In this document: piece by piece, positions 17,833 through 25,853 of the stretch
Position numbering within the stretch: position 1 is the first letter of the stretch
Layout of the letters: each line of letters starts with the position of its first letter
DNA from: Opitutales bacterium
GTDB taxonomy: Bacteria > Verrucomicrobiota > Verrucomicrobiia > Opitutales > PNEW01
Assembly (NCBI GenBank): GCA_965219535.1
Contig: CBDCNV010000002.1
Coordinates: 600,001-632,000, forward strand
Reading direction: 5' to 3'
DNA: 32,000 nucleotides
Notes under the pieces: generated by a model
Database searches by the model: none
The model's input: the letters and a program-made list of their open reading frames with translations, nothing else
What the model was told of the DNA's origin: nothing
Position numbers and translations under genes: made by a program

Positions 17833-18042
17833 TTAATCATTTCCGCTCTCGACGCTGGTGTCAGATAAGAGGGCGACGCTTTCACCATTCGTCAGGGAAA
17901 TTCCACCGTGTATCTCCTCATTAATTCCCCAAAAAGCAAGTTCCTGGGCTTTGCTTTCGTAGATCGTGACTTTACCGTCATTCTTTACGATGGCGTGCAA
18001 TTGAACATAGCCTTCGCCCTTGTTATTGACCGTCATCACCAT
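17833..18042 (-). CDS. hypothetical protein, overlaps the upstream ORF by 7 nt
   Basis: 69-aa ORF. Its ATG lies in ATGGTGA, overlapping the TGA of the 18036-18365 ORF. This means either translational coupling or one gene split by a frameshift. Confidence 0.45.
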   Translation of the reverse strand: MVMTVNNKGEGYVQLHAIVKNDGKVTIYESKAQELAFWGINEEIHGGISLTNGESVALLSDTSVESGND

Positions 18043-18365
18043 CCCATCTCCAACCTTATTTGATCCGAGGAAGCTACGACTTCACCATCATCACCCACGA
18101 CTTCAAATCGTTTAATCTGAATGATCTCAGGCTGAACTTCATTTATTGCTATAGAACCACCCTCGCTCTCTCTAACTGTAGCGCGTTCAACATCCTGTGC
18201 CTCTATCTTATCAACGAGGTCTGTTCTGGATTCGATGACAAAGAAGATCGTAAAAATTAAAACGATCCCCATGACGAATAAAACAGAACCCATCCCCAAT
18301 AAGATTATTTTGAGGTGGTTGTTTTGACGTTCTAATTGATTAAATCGATTTTCAAAGTTCATCAC
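18036..18365 (-). CDS. hypothetical single-pass membrane protein
   Basis: 109-aa ORF with one clear TM segment (IILLGMGSVLFVMGIVLIFTIFFVI) after a short polar N-terminus. Confidence 0.55.
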   Translation of the reverse strand: MMNFENRFNQLERQNNHLKIILLGMGSVLFVMGIVLIFTIFFVIESRTDLVDKIEAQDVERATVRESEGGSIAINEVQPEIIQIKRFEVVGDDGEVVASSDQIRLEMGW

Positions 18366-18788
18366 TTTATGGATTGATTTATATCACGCGTTCACGCAGC
18401 TGAAGCCTAATAAATGCGAGGGCGTGTCATCCGATACGGGGATACTAAGCCTATATACTTATATTTCTAATCCAAAAAATCAATACTTAATCTTCGCTAT
18501 AAATTTTAAGCATTTGGGGTAAAGCGAACAAAAAACTATGTGTATCAATGAAAGAGTAAAAAGTAAGTCGAGAATATACTCACATGTTTATTTAGAAAGG
18601 AGTTCATCACATTCCGAACGGCTTAATTAAAACGTTAAAAAATATACACCATTAAAAAGTCTCACTTCTAAAACGGTCAGATTAAATATTAATACCTTTG
18701 CGCTTCCGAAAAGGAAAAGGAGATTCGCATGAAAGTCTTAACCTCAGAGGAGGAGGAGATAAACTTGAGAGGCGAGTCGCTTATCAAA

Positions 18789-19163
18789 CTATTTCTGAAG
18801 AGAATACACAGGGGAGTCTTTGGCCGTCTGGGCTAATTTCTGTGTTGTTCGATTCAGGCGCTTGGTCAGGGTCTTGATAATGGCCAAACCGACATCCGGA
18901 TTTTCTTGAATAAGTTTTCGCATATCATCCGCCACGACGTGAATAACCTTGCCGGCCTCTTTTGCTTTCACGGTGCAAGTCCGAGGTTCGTCTAGAAAGT
19001 CTCCCATTTCCCCAAAAATTGTTCCCGGATGCTTGAGAACGCTGAGTAGGACTCCGTCTTTGATAACTTCAAATATTCCCGTTTCGAGAATGTAAAACCC
19101 TTTGTCTAATTGTCCTTGCTCAATGATTACCTGACCGGCCTGAACTTCTATATATTCTTCCAT
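18789..19163 (-). CDS. stand-alone cyclic nucleotide-binding domain protein
   Basis: 124 aa with a CAP_ED-like pattern: FYILETG, FGEMGDFLDEPRTCTVKA. Confidence 0.75.
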   Translation of the reverse strand: MEEYIEVQAGQVIIEQGQLDKGFYILETGIFEVIKDGVLLSVLKHPGTIFGEMGDFLDEPRTCTVKAKEAGKVIHVVADDMRKLIQENPDVGLAIIKTLTKRLNRTTQKLAQTAKDSPVYSLQK

Positions 19164-19295
19164 AATACTTACTCTAGCGATAATTCGGGGAGAAATTAAT
19201 GTAAAATCTAAAATTTACTTAAATTTGTTAATATCTCAATCCGCAAATTGGTAAGACATGATATTTACTTTATTTCGAGCGGTGTGGCGTCCCTT

Positions 19296-19838
19296 TTATT
19301 CTCTCAAATGAATCAGCGCTAAGGCGACCACCGCCACCCAGCCAAGAACCTTAAATTCACCTCCTGCAAGGGCCGCTTCCACTTCTGCTCGGCTGAGAAG
19401 AAGGAGTTGTTGTTCTTCCAGGTCATCAGCATTCGCCTCTTTTACATAGTGAGCGTTTCGGGCAAGATAAAAGTGAGCATAGCCAGCACCGCGGTTGCCA
19501 TCGACAATATAATCTCCCAGGTGGCTCCAATCCGGTGCTTCGTAACCTGTTTCTTCAAGTAATTCACGTTGCGCGGCAGCGAGAAAGTCTTCACCCGGCT
19601 CGAGATACCCCCCCACCGGGGCAATTGTGGTGCCATCAACGCTATATTTTGTCTGACGAAAGAAAAGAAACTCGTTTCTTACTGTTATCGCTACGACATT
19701 CACATAATCAGGTGAGATTACCCAGGGCCAATCGTCGATTACCTTCCCATTGGGCAACTCGACGGTATGATTTTCAACCGCTAAGTATTTACTGTGATTT
19801 AAAATCGTTTCGCGTGAGAGTGTTTTCCATGGAGTCAT
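19296..19838 (-). CDS. NUDIX hydrolase (ADP-ribose pyrophosphatase-like)
   Basis: Nudix box GGYLEPGEDFLAAAQRELLEETGY. Confidence 0.85.
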   Translation of the reverse strand: MTPWKTLSRETILNHSKYLAVENHTVELPNGKVIDDWPWVISPDYVNVVAITVRNEFLFFRQTKYSVDGTTIAPVGGYLEPGEDFLAAAQRELLEETGYEAPDWSHLGDYIVDGNRGAGYAHFYLARNAHYVKEANADDLEEQQLLLLSRAEVEAALAGGEFKVLGWVAVVALALIHLRE

Positions 19839-20218
19839 AAGGGGGATGCTCCATAATTAAGGTTTATTGAGTTCATTAGTTTATTTGAAGAGTTGAATAT
19901 AATTTATCGAGTAAGTTTTCGCATTTTGGTTATCTTCGTTTGCGGTTAATTATCAAAGTGCACCTTTTTCTGTGAGGCTGCCAGCTGATCAAAACCCAAA
20001 ATTAAACTATAAGATGTTGGTCTTAAGTAAGATATAATAGATTACAGTATTTTAGATCCGTAGACAAGGGGGATTTTTAATCGGTGGCAGGTCATGGCCA
20101 AGACAATTTGCAATCTCTACGGCGAAGCAATTAAATCAGACTGTGAAGAATTAGATGTTGCAGGAAGTGATTTAGTTTTTTATTCGCAATACATAACTTA
20201 AAATCAACACTTACACTT

Positions 20219-20950
20219 ATGAGCAGCGAGATATTCATCCAGAAATTACAATCTGAAATCGATAAAAGACATCTATTAAAACACCCCTTTTACCAAATGT
20301 GGAATCGCGGGACACTACCCATCGAGGTGATGAGAAAATATGCGGAACAGTACTATCATTTAGAAAAGAACTTCCCCACGTTTCTTAGTCAGATTCACGC
20401 ATCTTGCACGCAGGATGAATTCGATGTGCGTCAAGCCGTCACAAACAATCTTTATGACGAGGAGCACGGTGTGGAAAATCATCGTGAATTGTGGCTTCGA
20501 TTTGGTGAAAGCATTGGCGCATCCCGTCAGGCAATTCAAGACTCTGAGCCCTTACCAGAAACTAATTCAGCCATTGCGGTCTTTAACGAGCTCTCCTCAC
20601 GTTCTTACTTAGAGGGCGTCAGTGCTTTATCTGCTTACGAATCACAAATCCCAGCTGTTGCTGAGACAAAATTAGAAGGATTGGAAAAAAATTACGCGAT
20701 AACTGACGAGCGCGGTCAGAAGTTTTTCAAAGTGCATGGTGTTATGGATATAGAACATGCGAATAGCTGGTGGGACATTATTAGCGAACACGCGGATACT
20801 GAAGAGCAGAAGAAACAGGTCACGGAAGCGGTAAAATTGGGGAGAGATGCGCTCTGGAACTTCCTCGACGGGGTTTGTCGCGCTTATATGACAGCTGAGA
20901 AACAGGGTGAGATGGACCTCCTTTATGCAGAGGTGGACTCTCCCGCCTGA
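20219..20950 (+). CDS. CADD/PqqC-like di-iron oxygenase (homologue of Chlamydia CT610, the non-canonical p-aminobenzoate synthase)
   Basis: HPFYQMWNRGTLPIEVMRKYAEQYYHLEKNFPTFLSQIHASC, NLYDEEHGVENHRELW and ALSAYESQIPAVAETKLEGL parallel CT610 HTFYVKWSKGELTKEQLQAYAKDYYLHIKAFPKYLSAIHSRC, NLMDEENGYPNHIDLW and ALYSYESQIPRIAREKIRGL. Its stop codon abuts the folP ATG. Confidence 0.8.
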   Translation: MSSEIFIQKLQSEIDKRHLLKHPFYQMWNRGTLPIEVMRKYAEQYYHLEKNFPTFLSQIHASCTQDEFDVRQAVTNNLYDEEHGVENHRELWLRFGESIGASRQAIQDSEPLPETNSAIAVFNELSSRSYLEGVSALSAYESQIPAVAETKLEGLEKNYAITDERGQKFFKVHGVMDIEHANSWWDIISEHADTEEQKKQVTEAVKLGRDALWNFLDGVCRAYMTAEKQGEMDLLYAEVDSPA

Positions 20951-21769
20951 ATGCATTTGAAGTTTAAAGAAAATAAAACTGTAATAATGGGGGTGCTAAA
21001 TGTCACCCCCGATTCATTTTCAGACGGCGGTCAGTTTTTTACGATTGATTATGCGCTGGCCCGCGCCAGGCAACTTGTAGCGGAAGGAGCTGATATAGTC
21101 GATATCGGAGGAGAGAGCACTCGCCCCGGTTCAAACGCGGTCGACGAAGACGAAGAACTGAATCGCGTGGCTCCAGTCATTGAGCAGCTGGCGAGAGAGA
21201 TAACAGTGCCAATTTCTATCGACACCTATAAACCGGCTGTCGCTAATGCCTGTCTTGAGCTTGGTGCTGGAATGATAAATGATATATCGGGCCTGCGTTA
21301 TGATAAGGGTAAGATGCTCGAAGTAGCGGCGACCCATAAAGTCCCCGTATGCATTGTTCACATGCAGGGATTACCCAAGACGATGCAGCAAGAGCCCCAA
21401 TACGATGATCTTGTATCAGAGATTAAAGGGTTTTTCAGCGAACGTGTAAAAGTGGCGAAATCAGCTGGGATTAAAGATGAAAACATAATTCTCGATCCAG
21501 GTATTGGTTTTGGGAAAACCGTCGAGCATAACTTAATCCTATTACAGCGCTTAAACGAATTTACTGATCTGGGGTTTCCCCTTCTTATTGGCGCATCAAG
21601 AAAGTCATTTATTGGAAAGATTAGTGATTTGCCAGCCGAACAGAGGTTAGAGGGGACAATTGCTTCCAATGTACTGGCAGTTATTATGGGTGCTAAGATC
21701 GTGCGCGTACACGATGTGCTTGAGCATAAACGCGCGTTTGAAATTATTGATGCGATTGCAAGTGCATGA
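20951..21769 (+). CDS. folP: dihydropteroate synthase
   Basis: MGVLNVTPDSFSDGG, DIGGESTRPG and GASRKSFIG motifs. Confidence 0.95.
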   Translation: MHLKFKENKTVIMGVLNVTPDSFSDGGQFFTIDYALARARQLVAEGADIVDIGGESTRPGSNAVDEDEELNRVAPVIEQLAREITVPISIDTYKPAVANACLELGAGMINDISGLRYDKGKMLEVAATHKVPVCIVHMQGLPKTMQQEPQYDDLVSEIKGFFSERVKVAKSAGIKDENIILDPGIGFGKTVEHNLILLQRLNEFTDLGFPLLIGASRKSFIGKISDLPAEQRLEGTIASNVLAVIMGAKIVRVHDVLEHKRAFEIIDAIASA

Positions 21770-22230
21770 GTGGAAGAGCGCAAGATGTCTATCTTGGACT
21801 CGGCGCTAATCTTGGCGATCGGAGTAAGAACATTGAACAGGCGGTATCCTATCTTGAAAATCACGGCACCGTTGTGGCCGTATCAAGTTTGCATGAAACA
21901 GAACCTTGGGGGATCACCGATCAACCGCTGTTTTTAAACGCTGCTCTGCATATGCGCACCCGTTTATCCGCTAATGAGCTACTCCAGTGCATTTTCAAAA
22001 TAGAAAAACACCTGAAACGCGAAAGGTTAATTATCAATGGTCCACGCACGATTGACATCGATATTTTGCTCTATGGGGATGCGATCATAGACGTTCCGGG
22101 CTTACAAGTGCCTCATCCCGGAATGCATGAACGGTCGACAGTGCTTCTCCCTCTAGTTGAAATTGCTTCCGAGGTCATTCATCCCGTCCTTCATAAAACG
22201 GTGGCCAAACTTCTGGAGGAAATTAAGTGA
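21766..22230 (+). CDS. folK: 2-amino-4-hydroxy-6-hydroxymethyldihydropteridine diphosphokinase
   Basis: YLGLGANLGDR, ETEPWG, RTIDIDILLYGD and PHPGMHER motifs. The start overlaps folP by 4 nt (ATGA). Confidence 0.95.
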   Translation: MSGRAQDVYLGLGANLGDRSKNIEQAVSYLENHGTVVAVSSLHETEPWGITDQPLFLNAALHMRTRLSANELLQCIFKIEKHLKRERLIINGPRTIDIDILLYGDAIIDVPGLQVPHPGMHERSTVLLPLVEIASEVIHPVLHKTVAKLLEEIK

Positions 22231-22239
22231 TAAAAAGGT

Positions 22240-22330
22240 TCCAGGTTTCTGGGTTTCCGGTTCATGGTTAAGGTGAAAGTTTGAGTTTAATAACCGTGAA
22301 CGGCTGAACCGTGAACCACTGAACCTCCAG
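22240..22330. repeat. long imperfect palindrome of tandem 8-mers directly after folK
   Basis: The left half ggtttctgggtttccggttcatggtta is mirrored by the right half taaccgtgaacggctgaaccgtgaaccactgaacc (GGTTCA / TGAACC words with 8-nt periodicity). Confidence 0.6.
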
Positions 22331-22372
22331 ACCTTGACCTTGGATTTAAGGGGACGTAGTAATCAATCAACG

Positions 22373-22591
22373 ATGGATACTAAGAAAGGCATTGGTGCTT
22401 TAATTCCGGAGTTTATTTCGCGGCTTCGGTACCCCCTGTTATTTATTATTTTCCTATTGTTCTTTATCGTCGATCTCGCGCTACCCGATTTTATCCCCTT
22501 CGCAGATGAAATTTTCCTTGGGCTCTTAACCGCTATTTTCAGCCGATTAAGAAAGGAACGAGCTGAGGAATCTGTCGACAGTGAACAGTAA
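22373..22591 (+). CDS. small hypothetical membrane protein
   Basis: The ATG at 22373 lies inside the 22334-22591 ORF, whose own start is TTG. One or two hydrophobic segments (LLFIIFLLFFIVDLALPDFIPF, IFLGLLTAIF). Confidence 0.45.
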   Translation: MDTKKGIGALIPEFISRLRYPLLFIIFLLFFIVDLALPDFIPFADEIFLGLLTAIFSRLRKERAEESVDSEQ

Positions 22592-22719
22592 AGTGAAGCG
22601 TGTGAAGTAATTATAGAAAACACAGGCTTTAAGCCATCCATTCTTCCCTTCTCTCCATTTTCCTAATAAAATCACCTTTTTATTTAACAGAACACTATTT
22701 CCCTAACTAAAGGAGCCCG

Positions 22720-23010
22720 ATGGCAAGACCACAAAAACTGACGGATGAGCAGATTAAAAATGAATTAGAGACTTTGAATAACTGGTCATTAAATGAGGGC
22801 AAACTACACCGAGAGTATAAGTTTAAGGATTTCGTTGAAGCTTTTGGTTTTATGACACGTGTTGCCCTTGTAGTCGAGCGAATGAACCATCACCCGGAAT
22901 GGTTCAACGTTTATCACACCTTAATCGTCGATCTCACAACCCACGATGTCGGTGGGATCAGTGAACTTGATATTAAGCTGGCAACGAAGATGGAAGCATT
23001 AGCAGGGTGA
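22720..23010 (+). CDS. phhB: pterin-4-alpha-carbinolamine dehydratase
   Basis: 96 aa with W.L......L.R.YKFKDF..AF.F...VA...E..NHHPEW.NVY, the PCD/DCoH signature. AGGAG lies 5 nt upstream of the ATG. Confidence 0.9.
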   Translation: MARPQKLTDEQIKNELETLNNWSLNEGKLHREYKFKDFVEAFGFMTRVALVVERMNHHPEWFNVYHTLIVDLTTHDVGGISELDIKLATKMEALAG

Positions 23011-23024
23011 CCAGTGATCCGTAT

Positions 23025-23162
23025 TCAGTGAACAGTTACCATTGGATAAAGGGATAGATGGAAGATTGGAAGGATGTGCTATTTCAATGGGAATAATTGT
23101 CCTCCTCGGCCACCTACTGATCACTAATTACTGGACACTGATCACTGATGACTGTTCACTGA
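23025..23162. mobile_element. MITE-like miniature element, copy 1 (138 bp, perfect 12-bp terminal inverted repeats)
   Basis: TCAGTGAACAGT at 23025-23036 and ACTGTTCACTGA at 23151-23162 are exact reverse complements. The interior aligns with 24953-25083 on the opposite strand. Confidence 0.7.
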
Positions 23163-23169
23163 TAAAAGA

Positions 23170-24063
23170 ATGACCAGAGTTAATAAATGTATTGAACTGT
23201 TGGAGCAGGGTGAGCCGGTCTACCTGACCACTTGGGCTGAAGTTTCTTATGAAGCAGGCCTGGAGCAGGCTAAAACCTGGGCCGACATGATCATCATTGA
23301 TTTCGAACACCTCGCTTACGATATCGTGGGTTTGACTAAGTTCATGCGCGGCCTTAAAGATGGGGGTCCTACCGCAAGTGGTCATCCGACACCGACTGTG
23401 CTTGTATCTCCACCTCCGAATTGCACGAGTCCCGAGGAAGTTATTTACAATGCATGGCAGGTCAGGCAGATCCTTACGACAGGTGTCCATGGATTTTATT
23501 ACCCGCAGGCGCGCGATCCCGAGTCGGTCAAGGCTTACGTCACTACCACGCGTTACACTTTTCAGACGATTGGGCGCGACCAGGGTTTGCCGGAGGGTCT
23601 GCGCGGTCACGGTGGGGAGAATCATGCAGCCCAAATCTGGGATATTTCTCCCGACGACTACTTGATGAAAGCGGATCCATGGCCCTTGAATCCTGAGGGT
23701 GAACTATTGCTGGGCCTGAAAATTGAAGACCCGCAAGGTATAGCAAATGCCGAAGCCATTGCCAGCACACCAGGTATTGCACTCATGGCGGGGGGGGTGG
23801 GTGATATAGCGATGTCACTGGGTTATGTACCGAGACCCAGTTGGCCCTACCCGTCGGACTTGTTAAATTCATGGTTAGCCATAGCGTCCGCCTGTAAAAA
23901 GGTTGGCATTTCCTTTGTCTGGGGTTGGCATGACCCTGAAATGACCGAAGAACAGCAGGTGAAATACCTCATTGAAGAAAAAGAGGCAAAAATTATTGTC
24001 GGGAAGAACAAAGAGTATGCGGAAACCGGCCGAAAAATCACTGGCCGTACGATGCCGGTTTAG
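23170..24063 (+). CDS. HpcH/HpaI aldolase/citrate lyase family protein
   Basis: 297-aa ORF with the DMIIIDFEHLAYD motif and overall length typical of the family. The assignment is moderate. Confidence 0.6.
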   Translation: MTRVNKCIELLEQGEPVYLTTWAEVSYEAGLEQAKTWADMIIIDFEHLAYDIVGLTKFMRGLKDGGPTASGHPTPTVLVSPPPNCTSPEEVIYNAWQVRQILTTGVHGFYYPQARDPESVKAYVTTTRYTFQTIGRDQGLPEGLRGHGGENHAAQIWDISPDDYLMKADPWPLNPEGELLLGLKIEDPQGIANAEAIASTPGIALMAGGVGDIAMSLGYVPRPSWPYPSDLLNSWLAIASACKKVGISFVWGWHDPEMTEEQQVKYLIEEKEAKIIVGKNKEYAETGRKITGRTMPV

Positions 24064-24190
24064 CTTGAATCAGTTATCCGTGATCTGTTGCCATTGATCA
24101 GAGACAAGATTGAGAGTATCAGAAAATTAATAGTATTATTTGATTCTACTGATTGCTGCTAGCTTGTTACTGATCACTTCCTTTTCTATC
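24064..24190. repeat. degenerate repeat of the same word family between convergent 3' ends
   Basis: The left part tcagttatccgtgatctgttgccattgatcagag and the right part ctactgattgctgctagcttgttactgatcact are GATCA-type arms in inverted orientation. The right part resembles 23114-23148 of copy 1. Confidence 0.5.
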
Positions 24191-24946
24191 TCATTTCCCT
24201 GGTTTCACTTTATTAAAAAGTTTTTTGACGCCTTTCACGGTTTCTTCTGCAACACCTGTACCCTTTTTTTTAACTTCAACGCCTACACCAACACCTTTTC
24301 CCACGGCCAAACCAGCCACATCTCTCACCTTTAGTTCAACATTAAATGTTACCTCACCTAGTATTTCCTTTACCAGCTCGTCAGAAGTTATCCCGCCCGA
24401 TTCCTTCCCCATATCGTGGAATTCAATTTTAGGGACGGAGATAGTCTTTGTTTTACCGGGAATATTAATTTCGACGCTCCCTTCCTCCAAAATGAAATTT
24501 GTTATTTCAAATTTAACTTCCTCATCCTCTTCCTCTTCGCTGAGCGTTACCCATTCATTTATATTATTAAGCAACCGGTTAAGGTTATTTCCTTTCGCTG
24601 AACTTTCAAATACGATTTGAGGTTCTCTGATGTATATTTTCTTGATAAGAATGCTCTCGGAAAATAGAGAGAGAGGCGCTATATCAATTTCTATTTCACC
24701 CAAGAAGAAAGCCTTATCTGATTTAAATCCTTCGGGGTTTCCGATAAAGAGTCCTTTCAACGCACCACTCCCATTCAAAAGGGAAATATTGACTTCGTCT
24801 AATCGAATTTCTGATCGGGTTAATTTCGGTCCGATAGTTTCAACCCCGGCATGAATTATTTTATCCAACACTAAATTAAGGACAATAAAAAGAGTTACAA
24901 TGAGAAGAAGAATTGTAATCAATACATATTTTATCAGTCGTTTCAT
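24191..24946 (-). CDS. N-terminally membrane-anchored hypothetical protein, AsmA/DUF748-like
   Basis: 251 aa with a TM anchor (YVLITILLLIVTLFIVLNLVL) followed by a beta-rich region resembling AsmA-family N-termini. Acidic and Gly/Val/Lys-rich tail. Confidence 0.5.
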   Translation of the reverse strand: MKRLIKYVLITILLLIVTLFIVLNLVLDKIIHAGVETIGPKLTRSEIRLDEVNISLLNGSGALKGLFIGNPEGFKSDKAFFLGEIEIDIAPLSLFSESILIKKIYIREPQIVFESSAKGNNLNRLLNNINEWVTLSEEEEDEEVKFEITNFILEEGSVEINIPGKTKTISVPKIEFHDMGKESGGITSDELVKEILGEVTFNVELKVRDVAGLAVGKGVGVGVEVKKKGTGVAEETVKGVKKLFNKVKPGK

Positions 24947-24952
24947 TATTTT

Positions 24953-25083
24953 TCAGTGAACAGTAATTCGTGATCAGTGTCCAGTAAACCGTGATCAGTA
25001 GCTGCCTGAGGAAGTTAGTCATACCCATTGACATTATAAGTCATTCCAATCTTCCATCTTTCTATCCTTCTACTATTCACTGA
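24953..25083. mobile_element. MITE-like miniature element, copy 2 (131 bp), inverted relative to copy 1
   Basis: TCAGTGAACAGT at 24953-24964 and ACTATTCACTGA at 25072-25083 (11/12). It shares exact blocks with copy 1: GTGATCAGTGTCCAGTAA, GTGATCAGTAG, CCCATTGA, TTCCAATCTTCCATCT. Confidence 0.7.
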
Positions 25084-25778
25084 ACTTCCCCGCTCCCGTA
25101 TAGAAAATGTGTTTCCGTGCTTTTTACTAACACACGCCAGCCGAGTTCGTTAAGACGGGCGGTGAGTTCATCGGGGTCGTAGAAGATTTTTATAATTTGA
25201 AAATCACGTCCATCATCCAGGTAGCGGAGAGAGATACTGTCATCTATTTGAAACAGACTGTGATTCTTGGCTGCTAAAGACCGCGACCCTAAAGTATCAG
25301 CAAAAAAGACACGTCCACCTGGTTTAAGTGCAGAACGTACCTTGTCCCAGAATTCAGTGAATCGTCCCGGTGGAACATGCGATAACCAAAAGCTAAAGAA
25401 AATCACATCGAATTTTTTTTTCGTTTGCCACTGATAAATATCCGATTGCGCATAGTGAACCTTATCGCTTCGAACCTTATTTCGGTTTAAGGCCAATACC
25501 TCTTCAGAAGAATCAACGGCCGTAACTTGATCGGCATACTTAACGAGTAATTCTGTTCCCCATCCGGTGCCACAGGCGAATTCCAAAACACTACCGGTTG
25601 GATTAAAACGCCTGATTTGTTCACGCACTTCATTTAATTCAGAGAAAAACTTTTCGTTTGATTCAGGGCCACGATCGTAGCGCCCTATTCTTAGAAGCCA
25701 ATTGTCATATTCACCAGCCCGAGCACGGTAGTAGGCAATTTGTTCTTCAAAGATTTCATTGTCGTCCGCTGTTGGCAT
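25077..25778 (-). CDS. class I SAM-dependent methyltransferase
   Basis: Motif I VLEFACGTGWGT. The ATG at 25776-25778 is preferred over the TTG at 25790 used by the ORF track. Confidence 0.8.
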   Translation of the reverse strand: MPTADDNEIFEEQIAYYRARAGEYDNWLLRIGRYDRGPESNEKFFSELNEVREQIRRFNPTGSVLEFACGTGWGTELLVKYADQVTAVDSSEEVLALNRNKVRSDKVHYAQSDIYQWQTKKKFDVIFFSFWLSHVPPGRFTEFWDKVRSALKPGGRVFFADTLGSRSLAAKNHSLFQIDDSISLRYLDDGRDFQIIKIFYDPDELTARLNELGWRVLVKSTETHFLYGSGEVQ

Positions 25779-25796
25779 GGGGATTGTCAAGAGGGG

Positions 25797-25850
25797 AAGG
25801 TTGGAAGGAGGGAAGGTGGGATGAATGGAAGGAAGGATGGAATCACTGGT
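25797..25850. repeat. purine-rich (GGAAGG/GGATGG) arm ending in AATCACTGGT, 3' flank of the four-helix-bundle gene
   Basis: ggggaaggttggaaggagggaaggtgggatgaatggaaggaaggatggaatcactggt. It is an imperfect inverted partner of 26304-26345. Confidence 0.55.
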
Positions 25851-25853
25851 TAG

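Noticed and set aside
18729-18836. 35-aa plus-strand ORF (MKVLTSEEEEINL...) with GGAG 7 nt upstream
   Set aside because: Its 3' third overlaps the end of the cNMP-binding gene on the other strand, and I cannot assess conservation. The evidence is too weak to call.
20094-20201. 35-aa upstream ORF (MAKTICNLYGEAIKSDCEELDVAGSDLVFYSQYIT) as a leader peptide for the folate operon
   Set aside because: It has no clear ribosome-binding site, no attenuation-type codon run and no terminator/antiterminator alternative structures that I could see.
21358-21864. 168-aa minus-strand ORF across folP/folK
   Set aside because: It is antisense to two genes with textbook motifs and is a shadow ORF.
23128-23634. 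168-aa minus-strand ORF overlapping the 5' half of the aldolase-family gene
   Set aside because: It is antisense to a better-supported 297-aa ORF and ends inside the miniature element. The sequence is Arg/Cys-rich with no motifs and is likely spurious.
24225-24620. 131-aa plus-strand Ser/Thr/Pro-rich ORF
   Set aside because: It is antisense to the AsmA-like gene. Its low-complexity sequence mirrors the Glu/Gly/Val/Lys-rich tail of the real gene.
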